Of a stretch of 64,000 bases of DNA, positions 1 through 12,060 are shown in pieces. Location: assembly GCA_030390025.1 (NCBI GenBank), contig CM059432.1, forward strand, positions 145,268,001 to 145,332,000, written 5' to 3'. The stretch is from Squalus acanthias. Taxonomy: Eukaryota. Numbering within the stretch: position 1 is the stretch's first letter; each line of letters opens with the position of its first letter. Under the pieces are notes generated by a model. It was not told where the DNA came from and made no database searches. It saw nothing but the letters and a program-made list of their open reading frames with translations. Made by a program: the position numbers and the translations under genes.

Positions 1-400
1 GGGTGAGTGGCAATAAATGGGGAGGGGCAATGAATGGGTGAGGGGCAATAAATGGGTGAGTGGCAATAAATGGGGAGGGGCAATAAATGGGTGAGGGGCA
101 ATAAATGGGGAGGGTCAATAAATGGGGAGGCGCAATAAATGGGGAGGGGCAATAAATGGGGGAGTGGCAATAAATGGGGGCAATAAATGGGGCAGGGCAA
201 TACATAGGCGAGGGGCAACAAATGGGAGGGGCAATAAATGGGGAGGGGCAATACATGTAGGAGGGGCAATACATGGGGTGGGACAATAAATGGGGAGGAG
301 CAATAAATGGGGAGGGGCAATAAATGAGGAGGAGCAATAAATGGGGAGGAGCAATAAATGGGATGGGGCAATACATGGGGAAGGGGTAATAAATGGGGGC
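1..400. repeat. G/A-rich minisatellite (~19-20 bp unit GGGGCAATAAATGGGGAG)
   Basis: Directly visible tandem units; the overlapping ORFs are repeat artefacts. Confidence 0.9.
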
Positions 401-479
401 CACATGCCTGGGTTCCATGGAAGCCTTTTCTTCGCCAGGTTTCCCATGCTTCCCTCCCACTCTGCTATTCTGCTGTTGT

Positions 480-780
480 CATTTACACCTCCTCCAGGCC
501 CATCTTTTGTTTCTGTTCTTGTCCCATTACCATCCTCTTTTGCCTTGCATCATCATCCCTCTTGTCATTTAATCTCTCCTGCCTTCCACTCTATCACAGA
601 CCTTCCCTTTTATTTTCATCCCCTCCCCCCTTTCCCTGCCGCTGTACTTGCTTAAAACTGTTAAATCACTAACCTTTTTCAGTTCTGATGAAAAGTCATC
701 AATGTGAAACGTCAACTCTGTTTCTCTCTCCGCAGATGCTGCCTGACCCGCTGAGTGTTTCGAGCATTTTCTGTTTTTCT
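480..780 (+). mobile_element. Penelope-like element terminal (pLTR/3') fragment with degenerate hammerhead core
   Basis: Pyrimidine-rich tract followed by AGTT-CTGATGA...GAAA-CGTC-AACT (681-717) and CAGATGCTGCCTGACCCGCTGAG; a related copy lies at ~32690-32820. Confidence 0.6.
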
Positions 781-902
781 TACTGCAGTCAAGCTGTCAC
801 CTGACCGGGGCAGTTTTAGACATCCTCTAACTTATAGCGATGTGGCAATATGATGAAGCATTTGATTTGCTTTTTAATTACTGCCTTGCATGTTAACTAT
901 CT

Positions 903-1760
903 ACAACAACAACAACAACTTGTATTTATACAGTGCCTTTACCCATAGTAAAACATCCCAAGGCTTGTCACAGGAGTGTTATAAGAGGGCAGAATTAGAG
1001 GATCACAGATATCTCGGGGGATGTGGGGTTGGAGGAGATTACAGAGATCAGGAGGGGCAAGGGGTTTGAAAACAAGGATGAGAATTTTAAAATCGAGCCG
1101 TTACTTAACTGGGAGCCAATGTAGGTCAGTGAGCACAGGGATGATGGGCGAACGGGACTTGGTGCGAGTTAGGACACGGGCAGCTGAGTTTTGGATGACC
1201 TCAAGTTTACGTGGGGTGGAATGTGGGAGGCCAGCCAGGAGTGCGTTGGAATAGTCAAGTCTAGAGGTAACAAAGGCATGGATGAAGGTTTCAGCAACAG
1301 ATGAGTTGAGGCAAGGGCAGAGACGGGCGATGTTACAGAGGTGGAAGTAGGCGGTCTTAGTTATGCCGCGGATGTGTGGTTGGAAGCTCATTTCAAGGTC
1401 AAATATGACACCAAGGTTGCGAACAGTGTGGTTCAGCCTCAGACAGATGTTAGGGAGAGGGATGGAGTCAGTGGATAGGGAACGGAGTTTGTGGTGGGGA
1501 CCAAAAACAATGGCTTTAGTCTTCCCAATATTTAATGGGAGAAAATTTCTGCTCAGCTAGTTCTGGATGTCGGACAAGCAGTCTGACAATTTAGAGACCG
1601 TGGAGGGGTCGAGAGAAGTCGTGGTGAGGTAGAGCTGGGTGTCGTCAGCGTACATGTGAAAACTGATGCTGTGTTTTCGGATGATGTCGCCAAGGGGCAG
1701 GCAGCGTGTAGATGAGAAATAGGAGGGGGCCAAGGATAGATTCTTGGGGGACCTCACCTT
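903..1760 (-). mobile_element. L2-clade LINE 3' fragment (RT C-terminus and (TTG)n tail)
   Basis: Minus-strand ORFs contain FHMYADDTQLY and IHAFVTSRLDYSNALL...LHWLPV; the tail is ACAACAACAAC at 903. Confidence 0.9.
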
Positions 1761-2119
1761 TAGCTAATTGTCCACCACCCACAGGACACGCATGACCTCT
1801 ACTTTTCCTACCGATATACCCTGCTTTGCATTTTATCTGGCACTGTTCTGCTCATAGAATCATAGAATGGTTACAGCACAGAAGGATGCTATTTGGCCCG
1901 TTGCGCCCGTGCGCGACAGATTTACAGATATTTCTAATGCCCTTAGTAGGTTGCTGCTTGCTTCTTCCAATCCAAGCCCCTATCGTTGGTGTTGTGAGTC
2001 GTGATAACTCTGCTGCTCAAAATAGGCAGGAAGTTTGAATGGATTTTATTGTAAGTGTTCAGCATTTCACTTCATAACGACAAATGAAGCAGTTATTCAG
2101 CTTGTACACTAACGCCCTG

Positions 2120-2290
2120 TTCAATTGATAACACTTCCCTCTGGGTCAGAACTTTGTGGATTCAAGCCCAACACCAGGACAAGCACTCACCCAGGCTGAC
2201 ACTCAAGGGGGAGTGCTGCATTGCCAGAGGTGCTATCCTTTCAGATGAGATATTGAACCGATGCTTTGTCTGCCTGTTCTGATGCACTTT
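2120..2290 (+). mobile_element. Degenerate DeuSINE (SacSINE1-like) fragment
   Basis: Similar to the tRNA head and Deu segment of the copies at 14733 and 35193. Confidence 0.5.
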
Positions 2291-2798
2291 TAATTAAAAA
2301 AAGGGCTGGAATGGGAAGATAGTGCGGTTGTAATTATGAAAGATAAAATAAACAGAAGGGTATTCTTCAAACCAAACTTTGGACAGCTGAGGTGCAGGAA
2401 GGAGAGATGAAGATAGAGTGGGGAGGTGTCGGAGCACCATCACTGCTGGGGAAGGCTGGTTACTTTAAGGAGGTGACAAATTCCAAAAGTAAATATTGAC
2501 GAACACTAGCAGATCCAGTAAACAGTGAAAGATTGTTTACTGATAGATCGATAACAAGGGCTTGATTATTATCACTAAAGGTTAGAAGAAATTTTTTCAC
2601 AAAGGGACTTATTAGAACTTGGACTGCTTTATTAACAGTGGTTAAGAAATTCGGTATCGCCCCGATTGGGCGCTAAATTTTAAGAAGTTGCAGAGTTAGC
2701 GCCAGACGCTAATCCTTCTGGCCTCCCGCTAAATTGATTGTTAGCGCTCCAAGAAAGAGCTGCAGCGCTAAATCAAGTGATAATCAGCTAACTTAGGA

Positions 2799-3485
2799 CG
2801 CTAAACACAAAGAGCGGGGCGCTAAACACAGAGAGCGGGGCGCTAAACACAGAGAGCGGGGCGCTAAACACAGAGAGCGGGGCGCTAAACACAGAGAGCG
2901 GGGCGCTACACACAAAGAGCGGGGCGCTACCCACAGAGAGCGGGGCGCTACCCACAGAGAGCGGGGCGCTACCCACAGAGAGCGGGGCGCTACCCACAGA
3001 GAGCGGGGCACTACCCACAGAGAGCGGGGCGCTAAACACAGAGAGCGGGATGCTACCCACAGAGAGCGGGGCGCTACCCACAGAGAGCGGGGCGCTACCC
3101 ACAGAGAGCGGGGCGCTACCCACAGAGAGCGGGGCGCTAAACACAGAGAGCGGGGCGCTACCCACAGAGAGCGGGGCGCTACCCACAGAGAGCGGGGCGC
3201 TACCCACAGAGAGCGGGGCGCTAAACACAGAGAGCGGGGCGCTACCCACAGAGAGCGGGGCGCTAAACACAGAGAGCGGGGCGCTACCCACAGAGAGCGG
3301 GATGCTACCCACAGAGAGCGGGATGCTACCCACAGAGAGCGGGGCGCTAAATACAGAGAGCGGGGCGCTAAACACAGAGAGCGGGGCGCTAAACACAGAG
3401 AGCGGGGCGCTACCCACAGAGAGCGGGACGCTACCCACAGAGAGCGGGGCGCTACCCACAGAGAGCGGGGCACTACCCACAGAGC
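2799..3485. repeat. 21-bp tandem array (GGGCGCTACCCACAGAGAGCG), ~32 copies, in the Harbinger subterminal region
   Basis: Direct tandem units with ACCC/AAAC variants. Confidence 0.95.
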
Positions 3486-3646
3486 AATAACCAATTTCAG
3501 GTGCACTCCAATCAGGACTCATCATTCACACTGGCTCCTTCCAGTTCTTAAAGGGGAGGTTCATTCATTCTGCACAACCTCATTCTCAACACTGCTGGCT
3601 CTGAAGGCGACCTCCAAGCAACTCAACAGCTACACCTCTTATCCTC

Positions 3647-5525
3647 ATGGCTGATCCCAGTCTCAGGGAGAGAGCTCGCCATTTCAGCGACCAGGCATTG
3701 GTCGTGGCAGTCGAAAGAAGGAGGGCAGCGCTGTTCCTGGCCACTGGCAGGAGGCCATTGCCCCAGGTCTTCAGCGCAATGTGGAGCGAAGTGGCCCAGG
3801 ACGTCTCGGTCAGCAGTGTGGTCCTCAGGACCCTCACACAGTGCCGTAAAAAATTCAACGACCTCACTTGGGAGGTAAGGGTAAGTACATGCTTCAACAA
3901 GTCCTACATAGCAGCATTTGAACCTCAGTCTGTACACACTGCACAAACCACCACACCCCCACCACTCATCCACCAAGCATCTCCACCTACTCAAACTCAC
4001 ATCCACATCTCACGCCTTGCCTACAATCACAGCTATTCAACTATGGCAGGCACATCTCCCAACACATAGCTGCACACTCACTCACACACTTTCCTTTCTC
4101 TTGCAGGCCAAGCTGGCCCACAATAGGAGGGAGCAGGAACGAACAGGCGGGGGTGAAGTGGACATCCTACAGCTTACAGACCTGGAGGAGCGAGTGCTGA
4201 GAGTCATTGGGCACCAGGTGGTGGGCACTGTGGCCGACGGCGACGTTGACCCCCTTGGGGACAACAACGGTATGTTCATCCCCTCTCCTTCTCTCATCCC
4301 ACTTCCCCCTCATACCACAAGCCTTTCCCACTTTCCAGCTCATTATTCTGTCTGCATTCCTTGCTCCCTTCCTGCCCCCCTGCCCTCACCTTAACGTGAG
4401 TCTTGTGTCTTCATGCTTTCAGGTAATCAGCAACCAGCTGACCAGCCTATCCCTGAGCCTCCCAGTGAGAGTGAGGCGGGAGAAGAGGAGGAGGAAGAAA
4501 GCACGGCGTCACTGCATGTCTCACCCGCAGGCACCACCTCAGATACTGGGACTACGCGATCTTTAGAGGCAAGTTTAGTGGAGGGGTCGGCACTGGGTGA
4601 TGCACCGGGGGCGAGCGAGCTGCAGCAAGGCCGGGGGAAAGGGTAGCTCGGGAGCCAGCTCCCCGGAGGGCGAGTTCGATGGCGAGTTCTGCTGTACACG
4701 ACTCAGATGAGGACCTTGATGGGGAGGCATTCACAAGAAGGGTGATGGGCATGCACTCCGAGATGATAGGTGCAATGGCAAGGGTGCCCGAGAGCCTCTC
4801 GGCAATGGTAAGGAGCGTGGAGGAGTCCGCCTCCAACATTGCACAGAGCTCTGCGCACACCATGGAGTCCATCCTTGGCAGTCTGCCAAGGATGGTGGAC
4901 TCCCTGAGAGACTGTGGGGACCCAGACCTCATGCCACGTGTCATGGACGATATGATAGCAGTCATCGCAGCACAGGCGGAAGCCACGCAACGTCTTAGTC
5001 AATGGTTGCTGCCATTGAGTCTCAGACTGCTCTCATGCAGTCTCAGCTTGATGCCACGCAAGCTCTGACTGCTGCCATCGTCGCTGGGTCCACCACAGTC
5101 CACCGAGGATCTCACAGTGTTGCAGCAGGCCAGCAATCTGTGCTCCAGCAGATTGGTAGGGATACTGAGGTGCTGCCCCGGGGGGAGTGGCAGTGTGTCA
5201 GTCGAGCAGGAACCTGCTGTCTCTCTCAGGATGACAGCATTTCTGCTCCCACCACTGCCACACTGCTATTGCCCTTACCGCTGCCTATCATCCAGCCAGC
5301 CAGACTGCTGCCACTCATGCCGAGGTGGTGCAGTGTACAGCCGGGCCTTCCAGGCTCAGAGCTGGTCGAGGGCGTTCTGCAAGGCCATCTGAAGTCTCTG
5401 GCACCGACACTCAGCAGCCTTCCACCAGCCCTGCTGCAGTCACTGGGGAGACACTACGTAGGAGCAGTAGATTAGGAAAAGGGATTGTAAAGAGGGGAAG
5501 TAAGGGTTTGCACAAGGGTGATTAG
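3647..5525 (+). pseudogene. Harbinger Myb/SANT-like DNA-binding protein gene, spliced (~3 exons), disrupted
   Basis: RARHFSDQALVVAVE...WSEVA...RTLTQCRKKFNDL; TTGCAG acceptor near 4107 followed by KLAHNRREQERTGGG; further exon after TTTCAG near 4422; stop at ~4644 and frameshifts downstream. Confidence 0.8.
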
Positions 5526-5687
5526 TTAGTTAATATTGTTGCTGTATATATGTGTTTGCTGAATGTCGATAAATTTATTAATGTAATTTTGCTGTCTCTC
5601 ATTTCAGCTTTGGCTGTGATATGGCATGCGAAATGGATGGAATGATGGGGATGTGGTGAGCAACCAGGATGTGGGGTAGAATTTACT

Positions 5688-6486
5688 GTTATCCACTTTT
5701 GTAGGAAAAATAGAAAAGCAGAGTAGTTTTTAAATGGTGAGAGATTGGGAAATGTTGGTGTTCAGAGGGACCTGGGTGTTCATGTACACGAATCATTGAA
5801 AGTTAACATGCAGGTACAGCAAGCAATTAGGAAAGCAAATGGTATGTTGGTCTTTATTACAAGAGGATTTGAGTATAAGAGTAAAGACATCTTGCTGCAA
5901 TTATATAGGGCCCTGGTGAGACCACATCTGGAGTATTGTGTACAGTTTTGGTCTCCTTACCTAAGGAAGGATATACTTGCCATAGAAGGAGTGCAATGAA
6001 GGTTCACCAGACTGATTCCTAGGATGGGGGGATTGTCCTATGAGGAGAGATTGAGTAGACTAGGCCTATATTCTCTAGAGTTTAGAAGAATGAGAGGTGA
6101 TCTCAATGAAACATACAACATTCTTACAGGGCCTGACAGGGTAGATGCAGGGAGGATGTTTCCCCTGGCTGGGAAGTCTAGAACCAGGGGTCACAGTCTC
6201 AGAATAAGGGGTCGGCCATTTAGGACTGAGATGAGGAGAAATTTCTTCACTCAGAGGGTGGTGAATCTTTGGAATTCTCTACCCCAGAGGGCTGTGGAGG
6301 CTCAGTCGTAGAGTATATTCAAGACCGAGATCGATAGATTTTTGGATATTAAGGGAATCAAGGGATATGGGGATAGTGCAGGAAAGTGGAGTTGAGGTAG
6401 AAGATCAGCCATGATCTTACTGAATGGCGGAGCAGGCTCAAGGGGCCAAATGGCCGACTCCTGCTCCTATTTCTTATGTTCTTATT
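5688..6486 (+). mobile_element. CR1 LINE 3' fragment inserted in the Harbinger
   Basis: LYRALVRPHLEYCVQFWSP and RNFFTQRVVNLWNSLP; 3' tail TTCTTATGTTCTTAT. Confidence 0.95.
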
Positions 6487-7652
6487 AGAACCGTAGTTAC
6501 GGACCGCCCTTCCAGAAGGCCGATTGAATGGCTGCCTCCTCCCTTACTGCAGTCCCTCCTCCTGTTGCTCCTCCTCCTCCTCGTCCTCCTCCTCTCCTGA
6601 GGTGGTGGAGTTATGCCTGCTGGCAATGGCTGGGCCCTCATGATGGCCAAGTTGTGCCACATGCAGCACACCACAACGAAAAGGGACACCTGCGAGTACT
6701 GGAGAGCTCCTCCCGAGCGGTCAAGGCAGCTGAACCGTTGCTTGAGCACTCCGATGGTCTGCTCGATGATGTTCCTGGTGGCGGCATGGCTCTCATTATA
6801 TGAGTGCTGGGCAGGAGTGTTAGGGTTGCGGAGGGGAGTCATGAGCCAGGTGGAGAGCGGATTGCCCTTGTCTCCGAGCAGCCAGCCGCGAGCTTGATGT
6901 GGTGGCTGGAAGAGTGCTGGCACACCGGTCTGGTGCAGGATGAAGGCATCGTGGCTGCTGCCAGGATAGCGGGCATTGAGGGTGAGGATTTGCTGTGTGT
7001 GGTCGCACACCAACTGCACATTAAGTGAGTGGTAGCCTTTGCGGTTACAGAAGACCTCAGGATTGTTACGGGGTGCCCACAAAGCGACGTGGGTGCAGTC
7101 AATGGCGCCCTGCACCAGGGGGAAGCCCACTATCCTGGCAAAGCCACATGCACGCTCATCCTGCTTCTCTCTGGTCATGGGGAAGGAGATATAGTCCCTT
7201 CTCCTACTGTAGAGAGCCTCTGTGACCTCCCGGATGCAGCAATGGACGGCGAACTGTGAGATGTTAGATATATCTCCTGCTGCAAACTGGAAGGATCCAC
7301 TGGCTTAGAAATTGAGGGCGACGGTGACCTTGACTGCCACTGAGAGAGCCGTGGTGGTCCTGATCTGAGGCTCGAGGTCTGGCTGCAGGAGGTGGCAGAG
7401 CTCTGTGACCACCTCCTTGCTGAAGCAGAGCCTTCTAAGACATTGCTCCTCAGTTAAATTCATGTCGGAGAAGTGCTGCCGGAATACCCTGGGAGGGTAA
7501 GGCCTCCTGTTGAGAGCCCTGTTGGCCCACCTCCCTCTGGCCACATTTTCCAATGTTTGTCTCTGCCTCCGCTGCCTCCGACGTTGATGCTGGAGGGTGA
7601 GGTCGAGTGCCAGGACAGCCCCCATTAACGTAACCAAGTGTAGGACTTCCAA
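6487..7652 (-). pseudogene. Harbinger (HARBI1-like) DDE transposase, frameshifted
   Basis: GAIDCTHV, YPGSSHDAFIL, WLLGDKG, TRNIIEQTIGVLKQRF; N-terminal RRPYPPRVFR...CLRRLCF in a separate ORF. Confidence 0.9.
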
Positions 7653-8329
7653 ATGTTAGCAGAATGAAAGTGACAATTTTTTAGCAGGCGGAACATTCCT
7701 GAAAGTTACAAACGTTTAACTCACTGAAAATGGCTGTTTCGCAATGTCAGACTGAGAAGGCAGCATTGATTGGCCACTGAAATGAAACCGGATGTTGATC
7801 CCTTTAAATACCGCGCCTACAGCGGCCATCCGACTGCACCACGCCTGGTGGAAAGTAGAAGTCAGCAGTTGATGAAACGGAACAAGTCACATTATTGCTG
7901 TTGTTTGAAGTCACTGTACTTAAAATAGAAATGCTGCTTATGAACAAATATTATGAACCTTCTGTCCATTTTCAGTTCCCTTTTGTGCAGATATTGGTCA
8001 ATTAATGTTACATTGGATATACATGTTTCCACAACTTGCAGTAGCAGCCGTGACACACGCAGTCACTCAAAAAGTCCTGTCCTTTGTAATAACCGATGAC
8101 ACGCCAGCTCACACAACCCTGAGATCAGGGGCTGGCTTTAAACAATTAAAACCAGGAAGTTGCTGTTGTTTGGAGTAGAGTTAGGAAGTTTGTTTTTGAA
8201 ATGAAAAGTTGTGTTTGCACTGGGAATGATATTCAGTGTATGAGGGGGAAAGTTTTCCTGAACCTTTCTCCAACGTTCTGAGTTTAATTCTGTCACAGCG
8301 CGCTTGCAGGAATTTTACACTGTGCACAG

Positions 8330-9300
8330 GAACAAAAGAACTTGTATTTATATAGTGCCTTTCATGATCTCAGGCCGACCGAACTCTTCATAGTCAATGA
8401 AATACATTTGAAGTGTAGTCACTGTTGAAACGTAGGGATGACGGCAGCCAATTTGTGCACAGCAAGATCCCACAAAGAGCAACGTGATAACGACCAGATA
8501 ATCTGCTTTTCAAAAGATATTGGTTGAGGATAAATATTGACAAGGACACCGGGGAGATTTCCCCTGCTCTTCTTCGAATAGTGTAATGGGATCTTCTACA
8601 TCCACCTGAGAGGGCAGATGGGGCTCAATTTAACATCTCATCTGAAGGGCGGCACCTCCGACAGTGCGGCACTCCCTCAGTACTGCCCCTCCGACAGTGC
8701 AGCGCTCCCTCAGTACTGCCCTCCGACAGTGCAGCGCTCCCTCAGTACTGTCCCTCCGACAGTGCAGCGCTCCCTCAGTACTGCCCCCCGACAGTGCAGC
8801 GCTCCCTCAGTACTGCCCCTCCGACAGTGCAGCCCTCCCTCGGTACTGCCCCTCCGACAGTGCAGCACTCCCTCAGTACTGCCCCTCTGACAGTGCAGCA
8901 CTCCCTCAGTACTGCCCCTCTGACAGTGCGGCACTCCCTCAGTACTGCCCCTCCGACAGTGCAGCGCTCCCTCAGTACTGCCCCTCCGACAGTGCAGCAC
9001 TCCCTCAGTACTGCCCCTCCGACAGTGCAGCACTCCCTCAGTACTGCCCCTCCGACAGTGCAGCGCTCCCGCAATACTGCTCCCCGACTGTCCAGCACTC
9101 CCTCAGTACTGCTCCTCCAACACTCCCTCAGTACTGCCCCTCCGACAGTGCAGCACTTCCTCAGTATTGCCCCTCCGACAGTGCAGCACTCCCTCAGCAC
9201 TGAATGAAGTGTCAGCCTAGATTATGGGCTCAAGTCTCTGGAGTAGGTCTTGACCCTCTGACTCAGAGGCGAGAGTGCTACCCACTGAGCCACGGCTGAC
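8330..9300 (-). mobile_element. DeuSINE (SacSINE1-like) with an internal 33-bp tandem expansion
   Basis: tRNA-like head GTCAGCCGTGGCTCAGTGGGTAGCAC on - at 9300, Deu core CTGCCCTCTCAGGTGGATGTA, L2-like tail at 8330. Confidence 0.85.
8653..9200. repeat. 33-bp minisatellite (CCGACAGTGCAGCACTCCCTCAGTACTGCCCCT), ~16 copies
   Basis: Direct tandem units; the unit is present once in unexpanded SINE copies (e.g. ~35526). Confidence 0.95.
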
Positions 9301-10403
9301 AACCACAGTCAGTTACACTAGCTGCTCCTACCTCATGCCTGATAACCAGCTGGCCAGCAAATTCCATCAGCAACAACACCAGCAGACAAAATCTCACAGC
9401 AAGCTTTACTGTGCAATATAGCACCTAGGTGCTTGATGCATACACAGAGGGTTGCTGGAACTCGGAATGTGTTACCACAGGGAGTGGTTGAGGCAAAGAC
9501 CATTGCATTTTTAAGGAAAACTTGGATAATTATTTGAAGAGGAAGGCACAAGACTATGAGGAGCGGGGCAGTGGGATTAACTTTGGTTTAATCTAGCAAA
9601 GCGCAGCACTGACATGATGGGCCGAAGGGCCTCCTCTTGTGCTGTGAACGTCTCTTGGTCCATGGGAATGACTTGATGTGAAAGGAGAAAGGCTGGGTTA
9701 GGCCTGGCTGAACTATATGGTATCCTGTAACTGCAATGCAGGAGCGATATTCTGTGGGCTAGGGGTTCTTTTGTTGAATGAGTTCATGTGACCCAGTATT
9801 AACCAGATCAATTTTCGCCATTATTCACCTGACAATGGAGGATGCCTTGACTGGAATTGGTTCCAATCAGGCTTCCTGGTCCGAGCGCTCACTGCCCTCG
9901 CTCTGACGGTGTCCATTATAGGACAGATTACAAGCTGGGGGAGATTTGCTCCTTTGCACATGGGTAAAATGAATGAATTGAAGATCAGGCAGGCTCTTCT
10001 GTGACTGTGCAACTTTCTCCATCCAATTCTCCTCCACGTGCTCTGCCCAAAGAGCGAGAGAGGAAGACCAGTCCCTGTTCTGTGGCTGCATTTGGCAGAG
10101 ACTTCATCCTGTTGGTAAAAGCTGGGAGCTGAACAGAAAGGAACCAGGTCTGCAGTCAGTGTAAGCACGGAAACTGCAATGAGGCAGAGGCCACTGGACC
10201 AGTTAACAAACTCAGCTGCTAACATGCTGGTAATCTGGTAACAGACAAACCAACGTAGGCATAGCCACTGCTTCTGGGTGTCATCCTACATGCAGGGAAA
10301 ATTGACCCAGTGGAACCTCAGCCCCATTGGGAGCAGTGCACTGGTACCAGTTAGATTGCAGAGAGCTCCGTGTAATTGTACATAAGCTGCCTTTATTTTA
10401 TTC

Positions 10404-10595
10404 GCACAACACCAGGTTATGGTCCAACAGTTTTATTTGAAATCACAAGCTTTCGGAGCGCAGGTGAAGCACCTGATGAAGGAGCAGCGCTCCGAAAGCT
10501 TGTGATTTCAAATAAAACTGTTGGACTATAACCTGGTGTTGTGCGACTTCTCACATTTGTCCACCCCAGTCCAACACCGGCATCTCCACATCATG
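10404..10595 (+). mobile_element. Short fold-back Penelope-type insertion with hammerhead; 12-bp TSD TTTATTTTATTC
   Basis: ~60-bp inverted arms; TSD at 10392-10403 and 10596-10607. Confidence 0.75.
10470..10504 (+). ncRNA. Minimal type I hammerhead ribozyme core
   Basis: CAC-CTGATGA-A-GGAGC-AGC-GCTCC-GAAA-GCT-T-GTG: stem I CAC/GTG, stem II GGAGC/GCTCC, palindromic AGCT stem III. Confidence 0.75.
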
Positions 10596-10641
10596 TTTAT
10601 TTTATTCACCACCAGAGGGCCACATAGACCTTAAATTCTAT

Positions 10642-12045
10642 GGCCTAGAAATTGGAGGTTTTAGCGCTGGCCGTTAAGGCCCGTTTTGGTGGAAAAATGG
10701 CGGCCGCCTCATTTCCGCTTGCTTCCGGCGGGTCACCCGGCGGCCGCCATTTTTGGCAGGTCGACAGCACTGCCGTAGCCTGCGCTCGTGGACAGTATTT
10801 TAATTAGCGGGAGCGTGTCGTCAATCGGCGTGCACCGCCGAATTGACGCACGACCGTCCATTCTGGAGCTCGCCGCTCCTCTTACTGCCCTCTCCAAGGC
10901 ACGCCCATGCGTGCAGCCGTTGACAGCACGGAGAGGCGGGAGAAAGCGGCGGTGAGCTGTAAACCCGTACAGTAAACAGCTGCTGGGATAACTGGTAACT
11001 ATGGAGAGCTCCGACTATGTAATTGGAGTGAAAACTGCTTCCAGTGAGAGACATCAAATCTCCGCCTCCCCTGGTCAGTCAAACATTACAGGAGGTAAAT
11101 ACTTTTAAAATAAACTATACTGTACTATAGTTGTAAGAGTCTCAGGAAAAAAAACAAAGCTGCATTTCCTTAAATTTTATACATTGGATTTTCTACTTTA
11201 GGAACTGATAAAATAAGATGCAATATTTGGAAGTCTGTTTTTAAAGGGTTAACACCATACTCTCAGCAAGAGTTCTTCAAAAGTCTGCTGTTGTTAAAAA
11301 TTGACTTGAACTCTCCTCTGCACCATTTACACCAGTAAACTGCTGACCAAGAGGTTCATGTTGCCCTTTTGTAAAATTTTTCCATTGATGTGTCATGCAA
11401 CGGTTTAAGGACATCTATGCCAGTCTTTATGCGGTGTTTCCAGTCACAGTCCCTCCAGATCTGAGCCTGTGCACAGGGAGTGAATGCCCTCTGCGATCTG
11501 CAGGCTAGTGCACTGTCACTGCTAGCAGCAAGACGGTGCATCCCCATCCCCATCCCCCTCCCCCTCCAGCACAATGGTGGAGCACAAACCTCTACACAGC
11601 AAACATCTGGGTGAGGACCTATGGCAGCCAGCGAAAGTGGGAGTACCAGGCAGTCTGGCACCCATTCGTGGACCCCACACAAGACACGGACAAATGTCCG
11701 CGAAAGTAAGAGGGGAGCCATGGTCAAACAAATGCCTCGTGATGTGCCACAACGCACAACGCTCCAACCCTACAAGGGCTAATAGCGGGCTCGATAGCAA
11801 CACCCAGGGTCTGACACAGCACACTGCCTGAGAAGGCCGCACCGATGCTTCAGACGCCTGCTTCGGCCTCCTGCTGAGGTTTGTGCCGGAAAGAACTCAT
11901 TGCACAAGAGATTCTCCGCTTCACTCGTGTAAATTAGCAGGCAACACCAAGATACCAGAGCTGCCTGTGCTCTTTTTGTGGGTGGCCATTAGCCGTGGCC
12001 CGCAGTGTTACCGGCATTTTTCCAGCCTTCTCAAATTTCTAGACC
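10642..12045. mobile_element. Non-autonomous Harbinger-type element, TSD TAT
   Basis: TIRs GGCCTAGAAATT / AATTTCTAGACC flanked by TAT on both sides. Confidence 0.75.
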
Positions 12046-12060
12046 TATAATTCTAAATTT

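Larger units (their letters stand above)
2640..7850. mobile_element. PIF/Harbinger transposon with convergent Myb/SANT and transposase genes; decayed, right end not located
   Basis: The left end GGTTAAGAAATTCGGTATCGC resembles the TIR of the MITE at 40828; Myb-like gene on +, HARBI1-like transposase on -. Confidence 0.8.

Noticed and set aside
2788..3525. Long repetitive ORFs (245/237/146 aa)
   Set aside because: Translation artefacts of a 21-bp tandem repeat.
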